The translations under genes were made by a program, and so were the position numbers. The notes under the pieces are model-generated. The model ran no database searches and was not told the DNA's origin. It saw only the letters and a program-made list of their open reading frames with translations. 64,000 nt of DNA from Rhynchopus sp. YZ270_cl-10 (lineage: Eukaryota), in contig OZ037842.1 of the NCBI GenBank assembly GCA_964035575.1, positions 620,001 through 684,000 of the forward strand. Reading direction: 5' to 3'. Of this stretch, positions 1 through 15,000 are shown one piece after another; position 1 is the first letter of the stretch; each line of letters begins with the position of its first letter.

Positions 1-3000
1 GTGCAGTTGCCAGTGGCATCTGTCCCGGACGGCACCCCGTTGCTGCTGCAGTCGTTCGTTGCCGTGCATTCTCTGCACACCAGGCTTCCGGCAACCATGG
101 AAGATGCCCACTTATGTTTGCAGACAGCGCAGTCCCGCAGTGCGCTGTAACCTTCAGGACACGTCGCACAGTTCGTCGCCTCTTCGTAGTAGTTTCTGCA
201 TGAGCAGCTGCACGACTCGCCGTCAGCAGCAAAGCTCACTTCCACACCGTTCCCGTTGCACGCTGACAGGGAACACCCGCATGCAGGGTACACCAACCCC
301 ACCTCAGCACATTGCTGGCACTGTGCACCAGAGTACGGGTGCGGGCAGATGTCGCAGCTGTCCCCCACGTAGTGTCCGCTGCACTGGCAGCCACATGCAC
401 CATCTTCTACGAAAGCAACGCCGTTGTTGCCACAGTGCGTGGTGTTCCCGGTGCACTGGAAGCACACGGGGTAGTGTGCATGGCCTTCTTTGCACGACGA
501 GCACGTCTCGCCTTCTGTTTCGCAGCCAGCACAGAACTGTGGAGGGCAGTGCGTGCAGAGACCCTGTGCATCCTTCTCCCACGAGGCCTTGCATTCGCAT
601 TCACAGGTGTCACCGCTTGCAGAGACTACCGATGCTGCGGCACCGGTGCCACAGTTGTACTCTGTTGCACACGACTTGCACGAAGCGCCCGACACGTAGT
701 ACCCTGCTGCACAGCTTGAACATTCGCCGTCTGTAGGGTCGTAAGCGTCGGGACACGTCTCACAGCGGTCGCCCTGCCAGTTGTTCGCGCACACAGTACA
801 CACACATCCGCCGTTCTCGGCAACGATGGTAGTCCCACGTCCATTGCACCATGCTGCGCTTGTGCACTTGGTGCACTGCACGGCCTTGCCGTTCTCAACA
901 AGGCTCGGGTAGAAGCCACCAAGCGCGTCGCACTCAACACAGTCGGTAGCACTGTCAAACCCGTACGGACACACGTCACAGTCCGGGCCTGTCCACCTGT
1001 TGGGGCACGTGCACTTGCATGTTGTATGTGCAACATCGGTGGTGGGCACTCCTCTTCCTGAGCAGTCGCCACATTTTGTGCACGCAGGGTAGTCGACACG
1101 TAGTGAAGCACATGACGTGCATGCCGTGTCGTCGTACTTTGCAGGGCAGTGCGTGCATAGGGACTCGGACGTGTACTGACCTGCGCATTTGCACACACAC
1201 GCCGAGGCGTCGGTGTTGGGAATGGAAACGCCGTTGCCGTTGCACACCGCGTTCTCACATCTGGTGCACTCTGGTCCGGCGTGGTTCGCTGCACACTTGT
1301 CGCAGTTCGGCCCCGCAAAGTTGCTCGGGCACACTTCGCAACGCAAGCCGTCCCAGTTCCCGCTGCACCTACACACACAGCGCTTGCCGTCCAAGGATGT
1401 CTCCACCGAGTCTGAACGGTTGTTGCAGTGCAGCGGGATGCTGCAACCTACACAGCTGCTGCCAACAACGATATGCGCACTGGCACAGTCCTTGCAGTCC
1501 GTGGCGGCGTCGCGGGAGTCTGGGCAAACGTCACACGCATCACCTGCCCAGGAGTTGCGGCACGCACACACACACTTCGTCTGGTCGCTGTTAGAGGTGG
1601 TGGAGGCACAGTTGGGAGACAGTTCGCACTTGTGGCACAACTCATCTTGCCCCCTGATGTAGCCCACATCGCACAGCCCACACGACGAGCCTCTGTAGCC
1701 AGCATGGCAGCGGCACCCACACGACGACGCTGTCTTGCGGTAGGCTACCCCGTGGCCCTTGCAGTGCACGTCCCCAGCACACGCAGTGCACAGAGGGAAG
1801 TTGACGCGCGGGTCCTCACATTCATCGCAGCCCACCCCTGTGTACGGGGACGGGCACGTCCCGCACTGAAGCCCAGTGAACTTGCTATTGCACGTACACT
1901 CGCACACCCCGTCGGTAGAGAACACGAAGCTCGGGTCCGCGTTTCTCCCGTTGCAGTCTCCGTCATTTGTGCACTGTGTGCACGATGCTCCTGCGTAGCC
2001 GACCTGGCAAACGTCGCAGTTCGCTCCTGCAAATCCTGTCTTGCACCGCTGGCATTTGTCGCCAGCAAAGTTCCCGCTGCAGGTGCACTTGCACCGGATG
2101 CCATCGACTGGAGGGTTCTGTGTCACAACGGTGCCATGCGCACTGCAGTCATCATCAGTGCAATCCCCGCACCCAGGCTCCGAGGCACCGGCATCGCTGC
2201 ACGTCTTGCAGTCAGGCTTGTTGAAACGTGCAGGGCACACGGTGCAGTTCTCACCCGACCAGTTTTCCAGGCAGGAGCACAGACACTTTGTGTTCTCGAA
2301 GTCGGTTCCAATGAGCACACCGCCTTCACAGATGGATGCTGTGCACTCAGTGCAGTCGGGGAAGTTGACCCTCCCCGAGGCACATCTCGCGCATGTCTGC
2401 TGGTCGTACTTTGCGTCGCAGGTTGCACACGCATCGCCTGTCCACTGCGCCGAACAGTTGCACGTGCACGACAAGTCACCCGGGTTTGCCCACGCAGCCC
2501 CCTGCCCTTTGCAGTCAACTTCGGCGCTGCAGGTGCGGCAGGCGCCTTGTGCTGTCATGACAGACCCTGTGTCGCACACACACTGCGAGGCATCGGCAGA
2601 CAGTGTGAACCCTGTAACACATTCGTCGCACGCTGCACCCGCAAAGGGGTGCTGGCAGGTACACACACAGCCGGTCTGCTCTTGGTTGGCACGCATGTCA
2701 CCACGTCCGTTGCACCGGTTGGAGGGGCATTCCTCGCACTTCGTCGGGTCAGACACAGGGTGGAAGTAGCCTGAACCACATGACGCACAGTCTTGTGCAC
2801 CATCGGAGGAGTGCACGTACCCTTCTGCACATGTGTAGCAGCCTGCGGCCCACGCATGTGTCGGTTTGCACGAGCACAAGCACTTGTCTTCAGAAACATA
2901 AGAAAACTCAGTTCCCGGTCCGCAGAGAGTGTCTTGTGTGCATTTCCTGCAGGACGCAACCTCGTCGAAGTAGCCCCCTGCAGCATTGCACGACTCGCAT

Positions 3001-6000
3001 GCTGCACCGAGTGTGCCAGGCTTGCACGTACACTTGCACACACCGTTCTCGGAGGTGACAGCGGTGGCACGTCCGCTGCAGTGGACCTCGCTCCTGCAGG
3101 CAAGACAGACCTCTGCGTTAGCAGCCTTATAGTACCCTGCGGTGCAATCAGTGCAGTCGGACTCAGTGGTGAAGACAGAGGGACACACGTCGCATTGCGC
3201 ACCCGCCCAGTTGTTCCTGCATTTGCACACACACTCGCCCGAGACAACCTCAGCAGAGGACGAGCCGCTGCCATGGCAGAAGTTGTGTGTAGTGCACCGC
3301 ACACAAACCGCTTGGTTGTTTCTCACATCAGAGACGTACCCATGGTGGGTGGCGCACTCCTTGCAACCTGTACTTGCGTCGAAGCCCTCTGGACAGTTTG
3401 CACACGTGGGCCCCCACCAGCGGTTCCTGCAGTCGCAGTTGCATTGAACAGTACTAGAGCGGCGTACAAACCATGTGTTCGCGCGCACACACCCGATGGC
3501 ATCCATTGTGCATTCCGTGCATGTAGGATAGTTGATACGATGTGCCCCACAAGCATTGCACTTAGCGTTGTACAGCTGTGACGGCGTGCACTGCTGGCAG
3601 CGGTCACCTCCCCACTGACCCTCGCAAGTGCCACAGTTGCAGCGGTCGTTTGCCACATAAGCAGTGGCGCGGTTGTAGCAGTGGCTGTCCAGACACTCCC
3701 TGCAGATGGGGTAGTCGTATCTCCCCGAAGCGCATGTGTTGCACGTAGTCTGGTCGTACTTCTCTGGACAGTCCCCACAGCTGTCTCCTTCCCATTGGTG
3801 CGAGCATCTGCATGCACATTGCGTCTGGTCTCTGTTCGTCAGAACAGACACAGAGTTTTCTCCATTGCAGTGTGTTGCGCGTGTGCACTGCACACAGACG
3901 TCTGCATCCCACACATAACCAGGTGCACATCTTTGGCACTGTGCACCACTGTACCCAGTCTGACAGAAGCACTCGCAAGCGGTTTGGTTTTCATTCGGCA
4001 CAGCGACGCTGGCATGTCCGCTGCAGTGCTGTGTGCTGGTGCATTGGGCACAGTCAGGCTTCACCCCGTTGGCACATTCATTGCATGTGTTTTGATTGTA
4101 GATCGATGGACAACTGCTGCATCCTGAGCCTTCATCCCAGTTATCGATACACCTGTCACAGGTGCATGTCTTCCCGTTTCCAGAAACAATCTCCGCACGT
4201 CCGTTGCAATGGTCAGCACTGGTGCACTTCTTGCATGTCACTGCATGCCCGTCAGTGAAAGAGAGCTCTTCATACCCATTGCGGCAGAGGTCGCAGTCCG
4301 GCCTCGTGGCGAACATGCTGGGACATGTGTTGCAACGCTCCCCCTCCCAGTTGTTCCGACATGTGCAGGTGCATTTTGTGGCATCGGCCTCGTTTACCTT
4401 AACGCCAACAGCGTGGCCCGAGCAGTGTGTGTCCACATCGCACTTCAGGCAAAGTGGGTATGCAAGCGAAGCGTCCTCACACACACCACAGTCTGCTGCG
4501 GCCGATGAGTTGTACTGGCTTGGGCACACATCGCACGATGCGCCTTGCCAGGAGTTCCTGCAGTTGCATTGGCACGTGACACCATCGGACGTTGTGTTAT
4601 AGGCGTTCCCGCTGCAGGAGGTAGGCACATTGCACTGCGTGCAGTTAGGGTAGCCCACAAAGCCTTCTGCGCAAGCACCACAGTCGAGGGACGTGTCGTA
4701 TTTGAGAGGGCATTCGCTGCACTCGTCGCCTCTCCAATAGTTTCTGCACTTCACGCAGAGACACGACTCCTGCACGTCATCGGAGGTGACAGCAGTTGGT
4801 GCGGCAGCATTGCCGTTGCAGTGCATGGCGTTTGTGCACTCAGTGCAGTTCGGGAAGTTGATGCGTCCTGGGCGGCATCTGTCGCACCCAAGCCCGTCGT
4901 GCAGGACAGGGTTGCAGTGGTCGCACTTCGCAAGGCTGTCCTTCCACTCACCCCTGCACGTACACACGCACTCGGACATTTCAGCGTTCGGCTCCACCAA
5001 CACTGCATTGCCGCTGCAGTGTGCAAGGACTGTGCACATGTCGCAGTCAGGACCAGCGTGGCCTGCAGCACAGCCGAGACAGTCGTTCGTAGCGTTGAAC
5101 CGTACGGGACACACACCACACTCAGCGCCAAGCCATTCGTTCCTGCACTTGCATTGACAGCGATTGTACACAGTGCCCGTCGGCTCGCCATGTCCAGAGC
5201 AGTGGTCTGTGGCGTTGCACACTACGCACACCCCGTCCTCCTTGGCGTAGCCGTCTTCGCACTTCTTGCAGGAAGGGCCTGTGTGGCCTTCGTTGCAGTG
5301 GCACTCACACTTGTTCTCGTCGTGGTCCGCCAGGACGGAGGACGCAGATCCAGAGCAGTCGCGTTCGACGGTGCACTGCTTGTCACATGGCGTCTCGTGC
5401 GTCACGTAGTCCGACGCACATGTATCGCAGTTGTCGCCTGTGTAGCGCGACGGACAGTACGAACACTTGTCTCCTGTCGCAGGGTCGTTCTCCCAGAAGT
5501 TCTCGCATTTGCATATACACGTCCCCGTCGCTTCATGGGTGCAGGCCTTCACGGCACGCCCATTGCAGTCGAGGTCCTTGTCGCAGGGTGTGCAGGACGT
5601 GATCTTGCCGACGTCCACACAGCTGTCTTCACCAAAGCTGCCCTGCTCGCAGCACTGCGGTGCCGTCGTGTTGCCGTCTGGGTGGGCACACTCGAAGTTC
5701 TGCTCATCGATGAGCACGCATCCCTTCAGAGGGCGTGTACAGCCCTCCTGCACAGTGTACGGCACCCCGTCGCTGCCTGTAGGGCAGCGCAGGTAGTCGG
5801 GTGTCATGCAACTGATCTTCTGCACAAACTTCGGGAGGCACACGTCGCATGCCGCCCCCGTCCACCCCGCCTTGCAGTCGCAGATGCACTGCTGCCGTGA
5901 GAGCGACATCGATACACCATCGGCGTTCCCGTTGCAGTGCTCCGCCACAGAGCATTTTGTGCACAGTGGTGCATCGCTGAGTCTGTCCCCCGCACACAGA

Positions 6001-9000
6001 AGACAATCGGTCAGGCTCTCAAAGCGCTCTGGGCACGTCCCACACGCGTCACCTCTCCATTGGTTGCGGCACTCACAAGAGCACTGCCCCGTAAGCGGGT
6101 TCACAGGAAGCAGCGTCGGGTGCCCAGCAAGGGCAACCCCGTGTCCAGAGCAGAGCGCTGCGTTAGTACACGGAGAACACCCCTCACCGTTGGCCCTGAA
6201 CGGAGCGTGTCCCGGAAGGCAACGGTCGCAGCGCCCTCCGTTCCAGAGGTACCCATCTACGCAGGTGTCACACTTGTCGCCCGTGAACGTTGGTTTGCAC
6301 CTGCACTTGCAAAGAACACCGTCGGAAGGTGCAGTCAAAGTGCCCTTCGTATGGCAGAACGTCTGTTTGCAGCTGCTACACTCAGGGTACGTGTGGGTCC
6401 CGTTTGCACACGAGTTGCAAGTCTCTGGGTTGTACTTCGGGTCAGAGCAGGTGTTGCAGGACAGCCCACTCCACTCGTCTTCGCAGCTGTGGCACACACA
6501 TTCGGTACCAACAACGCTGACGTTGACACCACGGTTGTTGCAGTGCGTTGCAGTAGTACATTCACCACACGCCGGGAAGTCGACCAGACCTGCGACACAG
6601 CCAGTGCAGGCTAAGTTGTACTTTGTCTGGTCACATGTGTTGCAAGTGGGAAGGGAGTATGGAACTTTGCATTCACACAGACAGGTGGAGCGGTCATCGC
6701 TTGGGCGTGCTGCGGAAGCATGGGTGGCTCCGTTGCAGTGGGCTGCAACACTGCACTTGACACAGTCGGGCCAAATGGCGCGGTCTGGTGCACAGATGTC
6801 ACAGTCACCCTCTGCAGAGTCGTACTTCGGGTTGCACGTCTCGCACAGCGACCCAGTCCACTTGTTTCTACAGGAGCAGCCGCACTGCGCACTCACATTG
6901 CCATTGACACACTCCTGCTCGCACTTCTTGCAGTCGGGTACCTCACCGTAGAAGCCGTATGCACATTCATCGCAGTCGTCACCCCCCATGTTGCTTGGGC
7001 ACACACTGCAGCGTGGACCAGTCCAGCCATTCCTGCAGGTACATGCGCATTGGTAAGGGTCCTCGGGGTCACGGAAGATGGTGAGCCCACGTCCGTTGCA
7101 CCACTCCGAGAACACGCACACACGGCACTCGTAGCGCCCAGTAACATCGTCGGCGGCGGACGGCTGACGGTGGTATCCAAGCTCACACATCTTGCAGTCA
7201 GTGGCCTCGGAGTACCCAGGCAGGCACACCTCGCAGTTGCGGCTGGAGTCACGGAACTCGTTCTGGCACCTGCACCTGCATCTGTCGCCTTGGATGGACC
7301 ACAGCTCCGTCACGGCGTGTCCGAAGCAGTGCTGGTCCACTGTGCACTGTGTACACGTCCCGTCTGGCTGCCGTTCGTATCCCGATCTGCATGTCCAGCA
7401 CTGAGGCGTGCCCGGCTGGTAGTCGTTCCAACCAGGCTCGTAGCCTACGTTCATCCCCGGGGGGCAGTGCTGGCAGCGGCTGCCGAACCACTTCCCACGG
7501 CAGGGGCAATCGCAGGTTTGGCCGTCTTCATTTGCGAGGATGTCGTCCCACACCTTTGCCCGGCCTGTGCAGTGCGGCACACTTGAGCACAACGTGCACG
7601 TCGGGAAGTTGATGCGCTTGGGAGAACACTTTGTGCAGGTTTGCGAGTCGAACAAGGTAGGATCGCACCACTCACATGACGGCGCCTGCCAAGGTGAGTT
7701 GCACAGACACCCACACTGTGGCGGTGCCAGGCACGCTGGTTGCACGACCCATTCCTCAAAGCGCTCGTGCACGGTGCCGTTTTGCCACGCACCCACAGGG
7801 CCGCACGATGACACAATACGGTCAGTGAGACTGAACCGCACGACGTACTCACAGCCACCCAGATCGGGTCTGATGGCAGCGTATGTGTTTGCATCCACCC
7901 ACCGGCCCTGCACACCGAAGAGCTTCCCGTTCAGGCGCAGCCTTCCGGAGCTCGTCACGTTCTTGTTCTTGCCGTCTGCACCGCCCCTGAACTCAAGGTT
8001 AACAGAAGGCCAGTTGCACTCAGGTTGCGAAGTCATCAGTTGGCCACGTCCGTTGCAGTCTTTCTGGACAGAGCACAGAACGCAATCTGCACGGAGGCAG
8101 TTGCCACGGCACGCATCGACGTAGCCAAATACACATGTCCTGCAGCCAGTGTCATGGTCGTAGCCGTTCTCGCAGCTGTCGCACTGCGTACCTGTGTACC
8201 CAGACTTGCAGAAGCAGACACACTCCCCGTCTTCGTTGAACGCAGCCGACAGTGCGTTTGAGTTGCAGTAGCCCTCCAAGGTGCACGACGCAGGCGGCGG
8301 CAACGTGCTCGAGCAGTCCGGCCCTGTGTAGCCCGGCTTGCAGTCACATGTGCACTTCCACCTCAGTGCGCCACCCACAGCCCCTGCAGCAACACTCTGC
8401 ACGCCGATAGCGTTGCCGCTGCAGTCAAGGTCCTCTGAGCAGTTGCGGCATTCCACCGCCGTATCGTTGAAGAAGTGGCTGTCCGGACACTGCAGGCAGT
8501 GCGGCTCCAGCAGGCCACCTCTGCACGAGGAGCAGTCGGGCGGTGCGAAGGTGCGCTTTTTGCACACACATTCAGAGCAGGCGGCACCGGTCGGCACAAC
8601 ACCGTTCCCGTTTTGTACACAGGTGCACGGGGTGCAGGCGTCGCCTACGTAGCCTGTCAGACATGCGTCGCAGTCAGGCCCTGTGAAGGGGAAGGGGCAC
8701 AGCTCGCACCGGTCGCCTGAGAAGTTCGTTTTGCAGACACACTTGCAGACGCCGTCTGCGTCCTTGGTAACTGATGTGGCACGGTTCCTGCAGTGCACCT
8801 CGCTGGTACAGTCGCCACAGCCGTACGGGAACGACAGCCCCTGCGTGGTGCATGCGGTGCAACCGTCTGTGTACAGGTCCGAGGCACACGTGTCGCATGT
8901 GTCCCCAGTCCACTGTGGCTTGCACTCACACTCACATGTCGTGCCGTCGGAGGAGGACGACACTGCAACAGCGTTGCCATTGCAGTGCAGGTCAATGCTG

Positions 9001-12000
9001 CACAACACACAGGTCGTGCACGGAGGGTCAGCACGCTGCCGCAGGCACGGTGCATCGACCATGAGGTCTGACCACACGAGCAGCGTTGCCGGCACGACCA
9101 CAGCAGGTGGCAGTGCAGTCGCGTACTTCGCCTGCAAGATGCGTGGGAACGACCCTTCGTCCATAAACTCAAACTCATAAGTGTTGCGCCCCTGTGCCTC
9201 CTCCACCTCGACTTTGAAGCGCTGGGGTGTCGTCCACGTCCCACCTGCCACCTCCTTGCTGCCGATGAAGAATGTCCCCTCCCCTGGGACAGCGGTCCCG
9301 GCAGAAAGCTTTGCAGTAATCTTAAGCAGCATGCCCGGTGTGCTCGGGTCGTAGAACTTGAGGTCTTTGCCTACAAACGTGCACGTCAGAGTGTTCGACA
9401 CAATAAGGCATTCGTGCGGAGACCCAGCAGGGACCTGCGCCATCACATAGCCTTCGATGCACGTGCTGTTGCAGTCTGCTGCCAAGCGCCAGTCGCACTG
9501 TGTGCATGTGTTACCGTACCAGTTTGTGTTATCGTCGCAGGAGCATTTGCACGTTGCGTGGTCACCAAGGGTGGCAACAGGCTCGCCCTGCCCTGAACAG
9601 TCAATGTCTCTGTCGCATTCGCGACATTCGTTTCCGTTTGCAGCGGGGAAGTCGTTTGTCGCTTTGACGTACAGCTCCCCACACGTGGAGCATGTGGTCG
9701 GGTCGTACTGCTCATCACACAGTTCGCATGCGTCGCCGTGCCAGTTGTTCTCGCAGTCGCATTTGCACGCATTGCCTGCGTTGTTCAGGACAGGCGGTGT
9801 TGTTGACCTGTCATTGCAGTGCACGGCATTCGTGCACGGGTCGCATGCTGGGAAGGCCATGCTGCTGTCTGCACATTCGTCGCACGTAGGACCTGTCCAC
9901 TTCGGCAGACACTCGGTGCACCCATCCACAAAGCGCTCGTTAGGGCACACGCATTTGCACTGCGTTTGTGAGACCGATTCCACGTGCTGCCCTTGCCCTG
10001 TGCACGTCAAGACATCTTCGCAACGTGTGCAGCCAGACCCAGGCACGAAGTTCACCCACCCGTCGCGGCACTCTCCGCAGCGTTCTCCGGTGACACCTTT
10101 GCTCTGGTCGCAGACGCAGACGCATTTGCTTCTGTCGGTGTTGGAGCGTGCGTCCCCTGCACCGTTGCAGTCCGACGCGTCGTCGCACTGTGGGCAGTCA
10201 GGGAAGCCAGCAAAGCCATCCGCACACCTGGCACACGTGACCTGGTCGTACTTGACCTCGCACGTCTCGCACGCATCCCCGGTGAACTTCGCGGCACAGC
10301 TGCAGTTGCACACACCCCCCGCAGCATCAAACATAACGCTGCCCTGGCTGGAGCAATCCGTCGCTGCCGTGCACCTCACGCACGTGGTACCGACATTCTT
10401 GTACCCAGAGGAGCACTCCTTGCAGTTGCTCTGCTCTGTGTACGCCGAAGGGCACGTCCCGCAGGTGGGGGGAAGCCATTTGTTCTGGCATGCACACTGG
10501 CAGTCGGGATCGGCAGTGATCGAGTCAGCATGGCTGCTACAGTGCGACACGACCGTGCACTTCGGGTGAAGGCACGTGACTGTTTCGTACGCCGCATCGC
10601 ACTCACTGCAGGTAGCGCCTCTCCAGTGGTTCTTGCAAACACACTCACACGTCCCGTCAATGGATACTGTCGGCGGGTGCACACGGGTGCTGTCACCTCC
10701 GCACACAGCAAGGTTGCAGGGCACACACGCAGTCTCTTGGCGGTAGTATCCGTTTGCACATCTGCCGCAGTCGCTTCCTGTGTAGCCTTCTCTGCATTCG
10801 CAGGTGCAGGACGTCTGGCTGGGGGTGACTCCTGTGACAGCGCCATTGCCACTGCAGTGTTCTGCAGCTGTGCAAGGAACGCAGTCCGGTGGGTTGAACC
10901 AGTTCGTTGGGCATTGGGTGGTCTGGCAGTCGGGCCAAGGAGTAGCAGTCACATCTGTGCATGCGTCGCAGTCTGCTGTGGCGTTGTTGTACACAGCAGG
11001 ACACCTGTCGCAGAGCTCACCTTCGTATCCACTGCGGCAGACGCATTTGCATGTCTCTGTGCCTACCAACACTGCGTCGCTTGCCCCTGACCCACAGTGG
11101 ATTGTGTGGTCACAGAGTTCGCACACAGGCGCTGCTCCAGTGGGCTTGCGCAGTCTGTACCCATCTTTGCAGGGGTTGCACGAGTCGTCGTAGTTTGCGT
11201 GTGCACACTCTGTGCAGGTCTGGTCTGCTGCCAGTGTCCAGTAGTCTTTGCATGTGCACTCGCATTGCGTGGAAACTCCCCCCGTAGAGGTGGATGTAGA
11301 CGTCTTTGCCGCACCACCACACATCGCAAGCGTGCAGCGTTTGCAGACCTGAAGTGCAGCGTCACGGATGTACCCCACATCGCATGTGTCGCACGACGCA
11401 CCAGCGTAGCCCACTGCACACCTGCACTCGCACGCGCCAGCCTCGTTGACGAAGGCTTGGTGTCCGTTGCAGTCGTCATCCGCTGAGCACATTACGCAAC
11501 TTCCGTTCGACGATGGGAGGTACCCGTTCACACACTGCTCACAAAGCGGCCCTGTGTGGGTGGCGATACACGAGTCGCAGTACGGCTGCTGGAAGAACGT
11601 GGTGCATGTGCACGTGCACTCGTCAGCAACAACAGCGGCAATACCTTTCCCGTTGCAGCTCCCTTCAGAAGTGCATGAAGTGCATTGCGGGAAGTAAGCT
11701 CTGCCTGCTGCGCATCCTGTGCAGTCCTGTGTGAACAACGTTGCGTTGCACTCACTGCACAGTGGCATGTCAAACACACCCTGACACTGGCACTCACAGG
11801 CACCGCCCACAACACGCACACCAGGGGTACCTGTCCCCCCTGCGTTGCACTGGGCAAGCATCTGTGTGCACTCTGCACAGGTACCGTCGTTCTGCTTCAC
11901 GAAACCTTCAGCACACTCGCCACATTGCGTCTCAACGGTATATCCAGGCTGGCAATCACACGTGCAGGAGACATTGTTCAGCACCTTGCCTGTCCCGTGG

Positions 12001-15000
12001 TTGTTGCAGTCAAACAAAGTGCAGTCGCGGCATTCAGGGAAGTCAACAAGGTCTCCGCTGCACGCACCACAGTCCTTCGTCATTGTGTCGTACTTGCTCT
12101 CGCATGAGTTGCAGTCTGCGTCCTTCCACTCGTTCCTGCACTGGCATGAGCAACCTGGCGCCATGGTGTCGGCGTGGGAGTTGCAGTGGTTCTCCACTGT
12201 GCAGAGGATGCAGTCGTTGTTCACAAACTTGTAGCCCAAAGCACACCCAGTGCAGCCCGCGTCACGGTTGTACTTCGAAGGGCAACTGTCGCACGTGTCG
12301 CCCTCCCACTTGTTGTCGCATTTGCATTTGCAGATAGCACTGTCGATCACTGACGCATCCACTACACCTTGGCCAGAGCAGTGCACGGCGTCTGTGCACT
12401 GCTCACATTTTGGGTACCCAGCATACCCCCCTGCACATGAGCCGCAGTCGTCCTGAACATAAATAGCAGGGCAGTTGCTGCAGTCGTCGGGTTTGAATTG
12501 GTTGTCGCAGGTGCAGACGCACTTCTCTCCGTTAGGCGATGTTACGTTGCCCCGACCTGTGCAGTGCACTTCTGCGTCGCACTGAACACATGACGCTGCG
12601 TCGGTCGGGTCAGGCTGCCAACCACTCAGACACTGGGCACAGTTCTTTGCTGTGTCGAATCCTTCCTTACACTGCGCGCACGTGTCGCCATACCATTGGT
12701 TCTGGCAGGTGCACGCGCACTTCCCACCAATGCTCGCTGTGATGTTCACGGAGCCATGTCCGCTGCAATGAGTTGCCGCCACGCACTCAGGGCAGAGAGG
12801 GTAGCCTGTTCTCCCTTGTGCGCATTCTGTGCAGGCAGCGTCGTACTTGGGGTCGCACACACCACAGCTGTCGCTGGCCCATTGCCCAAGGGTGCAGTTG
12901 CACAGGCATTGGCTGTGCGTTGCGTCTGTTGCGACAGAAGGCGCGCGGAGTGGAAGGCACTGCTCCCCTTGCGTGGCACCGCAGCAGTCTGTCGAGAGGC
13001 TGCACGGGCGGCAGGCAGTGGCGTTGCTCCATACGTACGCCTCGGCACACTGCTTGCACTCTGTCTGCTCAAACATCGACGCACACCCACTACAATCATC
13101 CCCACTCCACTGGTCGTCGCAAGTGCACAGGCACCCCGTCTTGTCCGCATTGCTTGTCACGTGCGAAGCGCGGTTGGCACAGTGCTTGGCGGGTGAACAC
13201 TGTGTGCAGTTCACACCAAAGTACCCATTTTTGCAGCTGCTGCACGTTGGTCCTGTGAAGCCGTCCTCACATTCGCAAACACATGCTTCCTGTGAAAGGT
13301 CTGTTGAGATGCTTTTTGCACGGGAGTTGCAGTCTGATTGGTTGCACTGTCTGCATTCGGGGTAGTTTATTCTTCCTGGGGCACACACATCGCAGTTAGC
13401 ACCATAGTACGGAGCGAGACACGTTGCACAGGCAGGTGGTGCCCAGTGGGGGTTGCACGTGCAGGAGCAGTCGCTCTTGTTTGCGTTGACGGCGGCAGCA
13501 CCATGCCCGTTGCAGTCCACGGCATCGGAGCACAGCTCGCACTCGGGGTAGTTGTACCGCATTGCGGCGCAAGATGCGCATTCTGCCTGTTCAAAGATGG
13601 CTTCGCATTCCACACACGCCGCCCCACCCCACTGTGTGTCGTTCTTGCAGCTGCACTTGCACACACCGTCCACCACAGAGGCAGATGCCGTCCCAGCTCC
13701 ATGGCAGGGGCTTGTTTTCGTGCAAGCAACGCAGCTAGGCCCACTGAAGTCCTGGGCACAATTAACGCACTGATCTTGTTCGTAGTTGTGTGGGCACTGT
13801 TCGCACTGGTCGCCGTTGAACTGAGTGTTCTCATGGCACGAGCAGACACACACACCATCAACTGCAGTGGCAGTGCCGTGGTCGCTGCAGTCAGTCGCAT
13901 CGCTGCACTGCCGGCAAACTCCGTCGTCAAGGACGTAGCCAGCTGCACACCCCGTGCAGTCCGCACCGCTGTACCCGGTCTCACAAACGCACACACACAC
14001 CTGTGGGTCCTCACCCGCCTCAGGGACAGATCTCCCGTAAGGGGTGTTACAGTCCCTGTCGCGGCACTTCGTGCTACAGGTGGGGTAGCCAACGCGCGGG
14101 GGTTCGCATTGTTGGCAGGTCGTCTGATTGTATTTGGATTGGCAATGGCTGCAGTCTATATGCTTCCATTGTCCGTGACAGGTGCAGTGGCAGGTGGCAC
14201 CATTAGAAGTGACATTGGATGCACGCGAGTTGCAGTGGACATCGGTGGTGCACTGCACGCAGGCCGTGACGTCGCCGATGTACCCTTCCTTGCAAGCTTT
14301 GCAGTCGGACGCGGAGGTGTACGGGTCTGCGCAGGTGTGGCAGTTGTCTGCCGTGTTCCAATTGTTTCTGCATTGACACGCACATGACCCATCGGCATTC
14401 TCAGTCACACTGTCCGCTTTGCCGTGGCAGTCTGCACTAACACTGCAGTGTCCGCACACAACTGCGTCAGTGCATGAACTGCAGGTGGCAGAGTCGTATC
14501 CTTCAGGGCAAGTGGAGCAATCGGAGTTGTTCCACTTGTTCTCGCACTCACATGTGCAGCTGAACCCGTCTGACACTGCGTTGCCGTTCCCAGAGCAGTT
14601 GCCTGCGTTCGTGCATTCGGAGCATGTAGGAAACTCCGACAACCCTGCAGCACACTTCTCGCATGTGAGAACGTCTCCAACCCAATGCAGCGCATACGGA
14701 AGTGCACACTCAGTGCAGTTGGATGCAACGGTGAAGCTGCCAGGGCATTCGGTGCAGATGCATTCGGTTTGATCGGCGTTGGTGCTTGCTGTGCCCCCGT
14801 TGCAATGCCCGTCGCAGGTGGTGCAGCTTGGGTAGGTGATCCTGCCGTCTGCGCATTTGTCACAGTTCCCTGCGTACTTGCTGGGACATGTGCCACAATC
14901 AACACCCGTATAGGAGTCTGTGCATGTACAGTTGCATCCGAGTTTGTTGTCGGTTGCCACAATCGACGTGGAACGTCCGTTGCAGTGCAGAGTGTCGTTA